From: Rebecca billardiae RCC1528
Lineage: Eukaryota; Protista; Haptophyta
Reading direction: 5' to 3'
Assembly (NCBI GenBank): GCA_965240325.2
Contig: OZ251230.1
Span: 1,860,001-1,924,000, forward strand
DNA length: 64,000 bases
Part shown: positions 1 to 9,986 of the stretch, piece by piece
How the letters are laid out: each line of letters begins with the position of its first letter
Position numbering within the stretch: position 1 is the first letter of the stretch
Notes under the pieces: model-generated
Told to the model about the DNA's origin: nothing
Databases searched by the model: none
The model's input: the letters and a program-made list of their open reading frames with translations, nothing else
Program-made: the position numbers and the translations under genes

Positions 1-26
1 ACGCGGACCACTCGGACGCCAGACCG

Positions 27-27
<1 letters not shown>

Positions 28-57
<30 letters not shown>
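28..57. repeat. Poly-G run
   Basis: About 30 consecutive G. Confidence 0.9.
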
Positions 58-60
<3 letters not shown>

Positions 61-340
61 ACGCCAGACCCGAGACCGGCAGACGGCGTGCGGGCTGAGG
101 CTCGGGGCTGTCACGCCGCCCGTATCTGGCCTCTGGGCCCGAATCGGCCCGTCGGTGGCGTCGGTCCGCTTACCGAAAACTGTGTTCGTCGATGTAGTAT
201 GCTTAGCCGGAAAGCCGGCGCCAGCGCTGATGCCACGGTGCCGCCCGGTGCCGCATGCCCATGCACGTGCTGTCATTGGCCGCCGGTGCTCGAGATCCCC
301 ATTGTCAGCGCACGCGCTCGAGCGGTCGTCAGCGCCGCCG

Positions 341-1321
341 TCATCGTGATCGGCTCAGTCGAGCTCGACCTGCGGTGCGGTTCCGGATGCCCACGACTGA
401 CGCCTTCCTACCGTTGCGGAGCATGTCGCGCAACTCCCGTGGCACGCCTGGCGCTTGCAGCGCCTCCTTCACTCGGTGGAAGTTGTAGATCTTCTTGTAG
501 TGCGCCGGCGGCGGCGCGCGCGTCCCCGCCTCCGCCTGCAGCACGGCCGCGATCGCCTCGGCCGGCAGGTCAAAGCCCCACTCTTTGAGGACCGCCTGAA
601 ACAGCCGCGCGCACCTCGGCACCGCGGTGCGGTCGTGCGTGAACTCGGCGAGCTCCTCGAGCGTGGAGACACGCGGCGAGATTTGCAGGCCGACGCTGGC
701 CAGCTGATCGCGCTGGCGCAGCGCGTGCCGCCGTATGCTCTCGAGCTTGCGCACGATCGTGCGCGGCTCGAGCCTCACGAGGAGCCGGCCGGCCGCGGCA
801 ATGTCCTTCTCGTGCTCGCGGCGTTTGAAGCACAGGCTCGACGCGGTGCCGTTGCTGAACACGGGAATACCCACCTCCTTCGGCTGGAAGCAGTCGTTCA
901 CGCCGCAGATCAAGAAGTCCAGCGCGTTCGCGCGATACGCAAACACGAGCCGAACGCCCGCGCGCTTGAACGCCTGCACCATCGGCGCAGTGCGCACCCG
1001 AGGGAGGTCGGCCTTGAAGACGAGCGCCCGGCCCCTGCCGACAGCCCGCGCGTTCAGAGCGAGAAACGCGCCGGCCTCGCCCAGCTCGGGTGTGTACAGC
1101 GGGTTCTTATCCGCTTTCAGAATCTCGTTGAGCGACTTTTCAACGCGCACGCTCGTCGTGTTCACGATGATCCGTTTCAGCGTCGACAGGACCCAGGTGG
1201 AGCCCGAGCAGTACATCATCGCCACGGCACGCGGCACGTTATCGGGCTCATCTGCCACGCCGCCGCGCGCCAACACGCCGAGGACGAGCACCAGCGTGAT
1301 GACGGCCGTTCCGCGCGGCAT
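341..1321 (-). CDS. Secretory-pathway sulfotransferase-like protein (P-loop, Stf0-like)
   Basis: ATG at 1321 begins MPRGTAVITLVLVLGVLA (signal/anchor). MMYCSGSTWV resembles the 5'-PSB PAPS-binding loop and FAYRANALD resembles the 3'-PB motif. Confidence 0.55.
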   Translation of the reverse strand: MPRGTAVITLVLVLGVLARGGVADEPDNVPRAVAMMYCSGSTWVLSTLKRIIVNTTSVRVEKSLNEILKADKNPLYTPELGEAGAFLALNARAVGRGRALVFKADLPRVRTAPMVQAFKRAGVRLVFAYRANALDFLICGVNDCFQPKEVGIPVFSNGTASSLCFKRREHEKDIAAAGRLLVRLEPRTIVRKLESIRRHALRQRDQLASVGLQISPRVSTLEELAEFTHDRTAVPRCARLFQAVLKEWGFDLPAEAIAAVLQAEAGTRAPPPAHYKKIYNFHRVKEALQAPGVPRELRDMLRNGRKASVVGIRNRTAGRARLSRSR

Positions 1322-1524
1322 CCTCGACGTCCGACAGGCGACAGCCGGAAAACTTTTCGCAAATCGCAAGCACAGTCGGCGAATTCCTCGCAAAATTGAT
1401 CTGCAATTGATGACATCATCAATTGACAGCTCGTCTGTGCCGGGCAGGCGCGCGGGTGTATGGCCTATGGGACAGTGACTGACTGTCCCCGCGGTCCCCG
1501 GGAGCCGAGGGCCCGAGGGCATTT

Positions 1525-1905
1525 CGCTGCCCCCGGGCCCGCGGCACGTCGGCCGCGAGCCGCCTCCCGGGTCGGGCTCCGCGGGCGCGGCGCGGGCCGC
1601 CCGCGGATGACGACGCGCAGCACGGCGCTCGGCTGAGCTGAGTCAGCTGAGCTAATCCTGATTCGTCTGTCGTGGTACTGGCCGAAGCTTGAGGCAGTGG
1701 TGGTGTGAGCACGTTGACGGCTGGTGGCCAGGGTTGTTGTTGTTGTCGTATGTGGTGAGAGTGCCGCGCTATTCCCCGGTAAGGCGGTTGGATTGCTCAC
1801 TGATTGCTGACAGACGCACGCCGCGGGCGCGGGCCCGTAGACGCAGTAGTTCGTCGGCAACCACACTAAGTCAGTTTTTGGCCCGGGGCGGGCCCGGGGG
1901 CAGCG
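1525..1905. repeat. 18-bp perfect inverted repeat pair, possible MITE remnant
   Basis: CGCTGCCCCCGGGCCCGC at 1525-1542 and its reverse complement at 1888-1905. The interior 1656-1717 also matches 59868-59932. Confidence 0.5.
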
Positions 1906-2662
1906 CGAGCCGGACGGCCGGACGCGGCCCACGCAGAGCGGCCACGGCCCGGCGGCGCTGCTCGCCGCAGGCGGAGGCGTCACAGACAGTCGAAGACAGT
2001 TGCCGTTTGCGTGACTACTGTTGCGGACGCGGCGTCACGGTGGCGTCGCCGTCCGAGTCGGAAGTCGTCGACGTCGTTGAAGTCAGATGACACGCTGACG
2101 GCGACGCGGACGGCAGCGGCAGCCACGCGAGTGACGCGTTACGACGCGGTCGTCGGACTGGCGCGTACGGCCTTACGCGGCACGCGCCGTATGCCGGTTC
2201 ACCGCGGTTCACTCCGTTCTGAAACTGACGAGACGTTCTCGGACATCAGTCGGCCTGGCCCTGACTCCTGAGCCGTCCGACGAGGAGTCATCTTGACACT
2301 CACTGAGACACGAGTGCTCTCTTGAGGCTGGTGTGTACTCGCTTCTAGAATACGCATTCGTCTTCCAGCAGTTGGTAAATGACTGCATGCCTGTCTATTT
2401 AAGAGGCGGCGCAGACTGTTACTACTCCTCGTTGCTCGAGTCACCCGGACTCACCGTGCGGTGCCGACGGCCGCCAACACTCACTGCGAGTGATCACCGA
2501 AACCGACAAAGTCGTTGTGGTCGGCGCAGCTCGTAGGGCGGCCAAGCAGTGCACGTGGGACGCAAATTCGAGGTAGACGCCTGCATATGGCCCTGACCGG
2601 AGAAGGCCGCGGGCGCCCTCGCCGGGACCGCGGCATCTCCTGCGTGCATCGGCAAACATGGC

Positions 2663-3182
2663 CTACTCGTCGCAGAAGAAGAACTTCTCCTCAGTGCAAT
2701 CGCCGAGCATGACGTCCGAGGAGACGGCCTCGAAGTAGGCGCAGTCAGCTGTGGGGTGGACGTTGGCGTCCAGCAGGATCTCCTGGCTGGCCTTCCACGG
2801 GGTGTACTTGGGCTTGCCGCCGCCCGCGCCGTCCTTCCAGATGCCCGGGTGACCGAAATCCGTGAAGCCCACCCAGATGTCGTCGCCGCCAGCGAGATCG
2901 AAGAGCAGCTGGTAATCCTTCCGCGTGCCCCACTCCGTGATCTTCGCACCCTCGTCCGAGCCGCTGACCTCGTGGCACCACTTCTGTGCCTGCGTGCGAC
3001 ACGGGCGTCGGGCGGGGGGCACGGAGCGAATCCCACATTTCGGTTAGCGCCGCGCCGGATGCACCGGAAGGGCACATGGGATGGAGGGCGCGCGCGAGCG
3101 CGCGCCGTCGCACGTGCGCGCTACATACCGCGTTGTAGTCCATCGGGCCGTACTTCTGGAAGATGGCACCCTGATCCGACAT
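2663..3182 (-). CDS. Small C-type lectin domain protein (2 exons; intron 2990-3128)
   Basis: Removing a GTATGT...CGCAG intron gives MSDQGAIFQKYGPMDYNAAQKWC...IWVGFTD...GIWKD...YTPW...DCAYF...DCTEEKFFFCDE, which has the CTLD WIGL-like motif and cysteine pattern. Confidence 0.8.
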
Positions 3183-3559
3183 GGTGACTGCGAGAAGGAC
3201 GGCGAGGTTGCGGGACGAGAAGTGGTGGACGAGACGGCCCTTTGATTGCACCCTGCACAGGCGCTCGCAAAGCTGTTACGTGCTCCTTTGCCCTGCCCGG
3301 ACACGGCTGCCCCGAGCGGCCCCAGCTACGGCCCTCGGCTGCCAGGCCGAGAATCCCAGGCGAATCCCGAAAGTTGAGCGTCCAAGATCTCAGATCACGC
3401 TGGTCCGGGTGCCCAAGGGCCGGTTTTAAACGTCCGGCTGGAGAAACGCTTTCCGGCGAAACTAAAATCCGGTGATTTCCTCCGGATTTCCTGTTCACGG
3501 TTGTTCGATGCCCACAGCACAACGACCGGGCTCGACCCACCCCACTGTATAGCTCGAGG

Positions 3560-5185
3560 ATGAAGGCGAGTCGCCGGCTCGGCAGGTTCCTTCTCCTGAT
3601 CAGCCTGCTCGCCGCCGATGGCCGCCGAAGCAACGTATCGATGCGCAAGCTAGTGTGCGCAGGCTTAACAGGCGGCGACAATGGACGCACGTTCAACTGG
3701 ACAACACCTGGCGCCCCCATGCACAGCACGAGGAGCGCCAACCGCACTGCGCTTGTGCACTGGTGGGACGACCTCCGCCTCGAGAGGGCGGGCTTTGCGT
3801 CCCGCCCGGTGCACGTCATCCGCGCGCTCGTGCAGCTTGGGTTCGAGGTTGATCTCTGGCTCGCGCATTGGAGTCCATCGGCAGCGCAACCGTCTCCCAG
3901 CAAGGATGTGCGCGCTTCGGGCGCACGCTACGTGTACGTGACGGAGCGTGGCATGCTCGCGGGAGGGCGCGGACCGTCCCCTTCGACCAAGTGGATAGTG
4001 CCCGAGGCATACGCCGTAGTCGTGTACTTCAACTTTCCGCCCGTTGAGCGACACTCGCACATCTTTGGTGCCTTATGCGCCTTCGTGCGCCACAAGCCGA
4101 CCATGCGCATTGTGGCTGTGGCTGACGACGAGAGCTCCGCGATGCGCAAACTCGGCACGCTGATACCGGAGACCACGCACGAGCAGCGGCTGGCGTGGGC
4201 CCGCGCGAGCGCGCCCAAGTGGATGGGAGGGCAAACTACGCGCGGCAGAGGCGGCGGCGACGGCGGCGGCAGGCGCGGTATCGTCGCCACCCAGCCCCCG
4301 GCCATGCCCAGGCTGAATGGATCGGATGCGAGACGCCTGACGTGGCTGCTGGCCCTCGAGCTCAAGGCGTACGTGCTGAGCGATGTCGTCCTCGGGATCA
4401 CCCCGGCGTGCGTCGCAGTCGTCCGCTCCGTCCTCCCCGCAACGCGCGTGGGCTTGCTCCCCTACTATCAGCAGCTGCGCTCTCCTGCAGCCACTGCTGC
4501 ACTCGCTCCAGCTCGACGGCCGCGGCTGGACCCGGCTGAGAGCCACTTCGTGTACGTGGGCATGAAGAACCTCCCGAATAGGCAGGCCGTGGGGTGGGTG
4601 CTGGGCAAGGTGCTCCCCGCGCTCCCCCCGACGTTTCGCTTCCACATCGTCGGGCGTGTCGCGTCTGTCGTGCCGTGCGGCGAGGACAAGCTGCAGCAAG
4701 TCACGTGCTACCCCGGCGTGAATGATGCGGTGCTCGATGCTCTGATGCGCGGATGCGCTGCGAGCATCAACCCTGCGGTCGTCCCGACTGGCATCGGGAC
4801 CAAGTCGGTGCGCTCGCTCGCCAACGGCGTGCCCATCGTCACGAGCACCAACGACGGAACCGTTGCGGTCGCACCGCCGCCGCGCGAGGCAGTGCACGTT
4901 TGCGCCCCGTTTGACGCCGGGTGCTTCGTGGCCGGGCTGCGTCGCTTTGGCAACCTGGCGGGCGGCGAGCGCCTGCAGGCGGGAAGGGTGGCGAGAGCGT
5001 TTGTCGACGACGCGTTCAGCTGGCGTGGGTTCATGCGCAACCTCACCCAGGCGCTGGTGGACGTCGACGTGATGACAGCAGCAGCCGGGGAACAGGCAGC
5101 GGAGCAGCACGATGCAGGGGCCCACGACACGGCGGGCCACAGAGGAATCACACTGATGCCTGGCAACGGTTCTACTTATTATTAG
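3560..5185 (+). CDS. GT-B glycosyltransferase (GT4 / Glyco_trans_1_4-like) with N-terminal signal/anchor
   Basis: C-terminal motifs FVYVGMKNLPNRQAVGW...FHIVG...INPAVVPTGIGTKSVRSLANGVPIVTS. Confidence 0.75.
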   Translation: MKASRRLGRFLLLISLLAADGRRSNVSMRKLVCAGLTGGDNGRTFNWTTPGAPMHSTRSANRTALVHWWDDLRLERAGFASRPVHVIRALVQLGFEVDLWLAHWSPSAAQPSPSKDVRASGARYVYVTERGMLAGGRGPSPSTKWIVPEAYAVVVYFNFPPVERHSHIFGALCAFVRHKPTMRIVAVADDESSAMRKLGTLIPETTHEQRLAWARASAPKWMGGQTTRGRGGGDGGGRRGIVATQPPAMPRLNGSDARRLTWLLALELKAYVLSDVVLGITPACVAVVRSVLPATRVGLLPYYQQLRSPAATAALAPARRPRLDPAESHFVYVGMKNLPNRQAVGWVLGKVLPALPPTFRFHIVGRVASVVPCGEDKLQQVTCYPGVNDAVLDALMRGCAASINPAVVPTGIGTKSVRSLANGVPIVTSTNDGTVAVAPPPREAVHVCAPFDAGCFVAGLRRFGNLAGGERLQAGRVARAFVDDAFSWRGFMRNLTQALVDVDVMTAAAGEQAAEQHDAGAHDTAGHRGITLMPGNGSTYY

Positions 5186-5245
5186 TGATGGCGGTAGTAT
5201 TGCCTGCCTATGTAGATGATTTCGTCTGATGAGCAAGCAGGGTCG

Positions 5246-8092
5246 TCAGCTGGCGGAGCTGACGACATGCGCCACGCGTATGTCGGCGCCGGCGGCGTGC
5301 AGGACGTCGATCCACGCGAGCTGCGCGTTGGACAGCGAGTCTCCAGGCCCCTTCACCTCCACCAGCTGTGCCCGCGGTGGCGGCGCGGCCGCCGAGGGGC
5401 CCGAGCCCGAGGGCCCGCCGCCGTCAGCATCTGAGTCCGACGCGGGCTCGGCCCACAGCAGTAGGTCTGGCATGCCATGCGACCACGTCCGAAAGTCCGT
5501 GGCGAGCCGTTCGCAGATCACGGCGAGCACGCGGCCGCCGAGCGCGGCGCAGAGGTGCTGCAGGGAGGCATGGCCGATGCCGTGCGCGCTGAGGGCCGCG
5601 AGCCGCACCCCGCCCAGCGTGGCCGCGCCGAGCGAATGCTGCGACCAGCCGTGCGCGAGGAGCCCGCGCCACTCGCCCCGGCGGATCCGGCCGAGCGCGT
5701 CGTCGAGCTGCGCGCGCCGCCGCTGCGCGAACGTACCGAGCTCCAGGTCCGCGGGTGCAAGCGCCCACGGCGATGGCAGCCATTGGCACTGCGAGTCCGG
5801 GCACTCCGGGGCGGAGGGCAGCGCGGGAGAGTCGAAGGTGAGCCCGGCGGCTGCGGACGGGAGCCTGACGGGGGTGCGGGCTCCGGCCGCGCGCTCGCCA
5901 CGGTAGGTGGGTGCGGACTCCGCCTGCGCCGTGGGCGCGCCGTCGCCGCGGGCTGCGGGCGCGCCGTCGCCGTGGAGCACGCGCCAGAGGAGCAGCGTGC
6001 ACAGGGTGTGCGCAAGCCCGTTCTCGGCGTGCACGCCGCGCCAGCACCACCCGTGCGCCGCGCTCGCGGCCGCCGAGCTGAGCAGCGCGTCCAGTGCAAG
6101 CTGCTCCACGCGTGCGGAGCCCGTAGCTGAGAGCGGCACGCGCAGCGTGAGACGCACGGCCTGCGCGCGTGCCGGGAGCGACGGCGCGCGCCAGCGCAGC
6201 GGCGGCGCGGCGAGGCGGCGCACGGTCGACTCGAGGCCGAGGCGGCACGCGCCCGCCACCTCCGTCTCGCTCGCGCCCAGCGCGCGCTCCGCCGCCTCGA
6301 GCGCCTCGCGCCGTCGTCCAAGGTGGATCAAGTCTCGCACGATGCGCACATGGACCGCGCCCACCGCCGAGCAGCCGCCGAGCACGCCGACCGGCGCGCG
6401 CGCCGAGGGCGGCGGCGCGGGCGTCGGCGGCGCCGCCCGGAGCAGGAGCCCCAGATAGTGCAGCGCCGCCGAGAACTCGGCCTCTCGCTCGAGCAGGCCG
6501 ACGCCTCGCAGCACGAGCGTGAGCGCTAGCAGCGCGTCGCGCCGCCGTGCGTGCGCGCGGCTGAGCCCGGCCTCCTGCGGCTGAAACTGCGGCGGGTGCT
6601 GCGGGTGCTGCGGCTGCGGCTGCGGCGGGTGCTGCGGCTGCTGCGGCTGCGGCTGCGGGTGCTGCGGCTGCGGCTGCGGCTGCGGCTGCGGCTGCTGCGG
6701 CTGCGGCTGCGGCTGCTGCGGCTGCGGCAGCCTGGCAGCGGCGTGCGGCGACCGCTCGGCGCGGTCGTCTGCGTGCTCGTCGACGAGCTCGAGCAGCACG
6801 CACGACGCCTCGTGCGCCGCGCGCCGCGCCGCGTCGCCCATCCCGGCGCGCACCGCCGCGTCCATCGCCGCCTCGTGCCGAGTCAGCACCCACCAGCGCA
6901 CACCCGGCTCGGCCGCGGCCGAGGCCGCGGCCGCGGCTGCTGCGCGCCCGAGCTCCGGACGAGTGCGGCGCGCGGAGGCGCGCAGCAGGAGCTCGCCGAC
7001 GCAGGGCGCGCGGGGTGCGAGCGTGCCGCCGCCGAGGCTGGCATCGCCGCTGGCACTGCCGCCGTTGCCCCCGCCGCAGTCGCCACCGCCGTCGCCACCG
7101 CGATCGTCGCCACCGCTGCCGCGGCAGCCACTTCCGTCGCCGGCGCCGGCGCCGCCCGTGGCCGCCGCCGACGGGCGCACCAATGCGGCCTCCAGCGCGC
7201 GCCACGGGCTGAGGCCCGCGGCGACGCAGCACGCCGCCTGTGCGCGCCACTGCGCGTCGGCCACGGCATCGCACGCGCGCACCAGCCGCCTCGCCGGCCC
7301 GAGCGCGCCGGCCGCGGCGCGCGCCAGCCGCCTCGCGGCCGCAGCTGCTAAATCTGGGGGCGCGCGCGCGCTCGCATTCGCCCAGCTGCTGAGCGCGCGC
7401 GCGGTGTCGGCGCGCGTCGAGCACGCGCAGCCGAGGGTGGCGGCGAGCGCGCTGAGCTGCCGCGCGCTCAGCGCCGCAGTGAGCTCCTCCGTCTCGGCGA
7501 GCAGCGCGCCGCCCGCGCACGCGCACTCTGGGCTAAGTAGCAGGGCGCGCGCGGCGAGCGCAGCCAGCGGGCGCGCGGCGTGGTCGGCGCCGTCCGCGGA
7601 CGGCATGGGGTCGGGCGCCGGCGCGAGCTCACTCGCGTCGTACACCTGCCAGCACGCGCCGAAGCTCGCGACGCGCGCCAGCGCCTTGCGCTCCTCCGCG
7701 CTCAACGGCGGCTCGTGCGCGCGGTGCGCGCATGCAGCCTCGGCCATGCTCGCCGCCACGTCCTCGTCAGGCGCTCGGCGGGCCGCGGCATCGTCGCGGC
7801 GCGCGAGCACGCCATAGCCGGGCGCGCTCCAGCCGTCGTCGAACGGGCTCACGTACTGCGCCGTGTATGGCCGGCATCTGCGGTCTGGCCGCACGTTGAC
7901 GCCCGTGCTGCGCTGCCAGCGCGCGCGCTCGTCCGCGGATGTGAGCGCGCCAAAGGCGGATGCGGGGACGGCGTCCTCGGCGAGTCTGGCGGGCGGGGGC
8001 GCCGGCGAAGCGAAGAAGTCGGTGATGCGCTGCGCCGAGCCGCCGCCCAGCCGAGCGCGCTTCACGCCCGAGCCGGGCGTCGTCGCCATCAT
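5246..8092 (-). CDS. FAN1: Fanconi-associated nuclease 1 homolog (VRR-NUC)
   Basis: C-terminal ERLATDFRTWSHGMPDLLLW...LVEVKGPGDSLSNAQLAWIDVL (intact PD-(D/E)xK), HAENGLAHTLCTLLLW, TPR-like helices and an N-terminal PIP-box-like QRITDFF. Confidence 0.88.
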   Translation of the reverse strand: MMATTPGSGVKRARLGGGSAQRITDFFASPAPPPARLAEDAVPASAFGALTSADERARWQRSTGVNVRPDRRCRPYTAQYVSPFDDGWSAPGYGVLARRDDAAARRAPDEDVAASMAEAACAHRAHEPPLSAEERKALARVASFGACWQVYDASELAPAPDPMPSADGADHAARPLAALAARALLLSPECACAGGALLAETEELTAALSARQLSALAATLGCACSTRADTARALSSWANASARAPPDLAAAAARRLARAAAGALGPARRLVRACDAVADAQWRAQAACCVAAGLSPWRALEAALVRPSAAATGGAGAGDGSGCRGSGGDDRGGDGGGDCGGGNGGSASGDASLGGGTLAPRAPCVGELLLRASARRTRPELGRAAAAAAASAAAEPGVRWWVLTRHEAAMDAAVRAGMGDAARRAAHEASCVLLELVDEHADDRAERSPHAAARLPQPQQPQPQPQQPQPQPQPQPQHPQPQPQQPQHPPQPQPQHPQHPPQFQPQEAGLSRAHARRRDALLALTLVLRGVGLLEREAEFSAALHYLGLLLRAAPPTPAPPPSARAPVGVLGGCSAVGAVHVRIVRDLIHLGRRREALEAAERALGASETEVAGACRLGLESTVRRLAAPPLRWRAPSLPARAQAVRLTLRVPLSATGSARVEQLALDALLSSAAASAAHGWCWRGVHAENGLAHTLCTLLLWRVLHGDGAPAARGDGAPTAQAESAPTYRGERAAGARTPVRLPSAAAGLTFDSPALPSAPECPDSQCQWLPSPWALAPADLELGTFAQRRRAQLDDALGRIRRGEWRGLLAHGWSQHSLGAATLGGVRLAALSAHGIGHASLQHLCAALGGRVLAVICERLATDFRTWSHGMPDLLLWAEPASDSDADGGGPSGSGPSAAAPPPRAQLVEVKGPGDSLSNAQLAWIDVLHAAGADIRVAHVVSSAS
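6583..6730. repeat. Coding low-complexity repeat (Pro-Gln-His tract) inside FAN1
   Basis: (GCTGCG)n-type array encoding PQPQQPQPQ...QHPPQ on the minus strand. Confidence 0.85.
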
Positions 8093-8222
8093 GCGAGATC
8101 GCGCGGCTCGCCTCACTTGCCTCACCGGACTGTCCAGCACTCCGGTCTCCGGCCTGCTTTCGAGCGGCTGGGCCGCTGAGTCCGCAGCCAGGGCGGCGGC
8201 CCGCACCGCCGCCACCGAGGCG

Positions 8223-9722
8223 ATGGCGGCGCTCAAGCGCCAGTACGAGGCGCCGGCGGACGAGGACGGCCGTGGGCGCACACCGCCGGGAGGCGTGAAG
8301 CCATGGCTGCTAGTGGCTGGCGTGGGTGTCGCGCTTGTGCTTCTCGCGGCGTTTGACGCCGGCTCCGCCGTCTCGTACCGGCCAGCCGTGCGCGCGGCTC
8401 AAGTGCCGCTCCCTGCTGCGAGCAAGCAGGGGCTCGGCCCGCGCCGCCACGAGCCGCGCCCCCAGTGCATGACGGGCGCGAGCGCACAATGCCCACCAGC
8501 ACCAGCGCCGGAGTTCTCCGGTGCGCGGCGATGGGCCGCCGACGCGCTGCCCGACCACCTCGCTGCGCTGGACGACGCCATTGCTCGCTCGACCACTATG
8601 CCCTCCGCCGCCATCGACGCCCGAGAGCTCCCGACGCTCTCGCCGGCCGCTGCGGCGACGGCATCGGCGGACCCGGTGGCGTTCGCGGCGCAGCTGGAAG
8701 GGTTCCTCGAGTACGGCTCGCGCCCGTTCGTCGCGCTGCCCGCGTACTGGAACACGACGGTGACGGCGGCGCTGCGCGCCGAGCTGCGCCGCTTCCAGGA
8801 GGCCGGCTGCGCCGAGGCGGGGGAGGGCGGCGACCAGCGCACCTTCGAGTGCGAGCGGTACTCGGCGCTGGCACAGCGGATGCGCGACGACAAGCTCGTC
8901 GCCGAGGTCGCGCGGAAGTACCTCGGCATGCGCCCCGGCGCCCCCTTCAAGCGGCACACCGTTCTGGCAGGGCGCGTTGCTTACTCGCCCGGCAGGGCGG
9001 TGTCGTCTGGCGGCGGGTGGCACCGTGACAAGGGTGCGTGCCGCGCCGCGCGGGGTGCGTGGGGATGGTGGGGGCACCGCGTGCGTCGCGCCTTCGTCTC
9101 TGACCCGCCATGCGCCCTGCCTGCGCCGCCGCCCCCCGCCCACCGATCCCACCGCCGCGTGCGCTCTGGACGTGTGGCCAACTGCCGCCATTTTTTGGGC
9201 TGAAATTGCTTGTTTGGATCTCGTCGTGAACGAAATGATGATGCATGCGCTGCCGGCGGGCACCTCTGCGCTCCAGCGGTCAAGGGCATCAAGTCCATGC
9301 TCTACTTGGAGGAGGTCACGCGCGAGAACGGGCCGTTCACGATGCTGCTCAACTATGACGACGCGACGCTGGCGGCGGCGTACGACCACGCCGACGCGAA
9401 GGGTCGCAAGACGCGCTTCAACGACACGGCGGTGCACCGAGCTCTGGACCCAGCGGCTGCGTCGGCGGCGCGGCGCGCGGCGCCGACCGCGCTGGAGATC
9501 TTGGGCGCGCCAGGCACGCTCGTCATCTTCCTCACGCACAACATTCACCGGGGCAAGCTGCTCGAGCGCGGCGAGCGCACATCCATCACGACCTACTACA
9601 ACGTCGGCCAACCGCCGGGCGGCGCAAAGTACCGGGCGTGCACACTCGACGCACGCCCGTCCGCCAATCTGAGCCAGGGCAGCGCCTTGCAGGCTGCGCG
9701 CAGACGCAGCAGGCTGCGATGA
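8223..9722 (+). CDS. Membrane-anchored PhyH-like Fe(II)/2-oxoglutarate dioxygenase (intron 9034-9276)
   Basis: Splicing GTGCGT...CTCCAG gives in-frame GGWHRDKAVKGIKSMLYLEEVTRENGPF...GAPGTLVIFLTHNIHRG...ERTSIT, an HxD...H triad plus Arg. TM segment WLLVAGVGVALVLLAAF. Confidence 0.8.
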
Positions 9723-9986
9723 ATCGACGAGCGCCACGACACTATCCCCATGTGAGGAGCAGGAGCCACTCTGACTCACTAGCCAGCAGGACTCTGCTCA
9801 GAATCGGAGTCTGCTCACGTCTGCTGGAGTCCTGCGGGCGCGCGCCGCGGCGTCCGTGCCCAAGCTGCCGTGCCAGTTGGCGGCTTGGCGCTGCCACTGC
9901 TGAGGCAACTTCCACCGGACAGCCGACCGCAGCCGGCCGGGTACAGCAGGTTTTGAACCGAAGGCCGTCATCGTCGTCGTCGTCGG

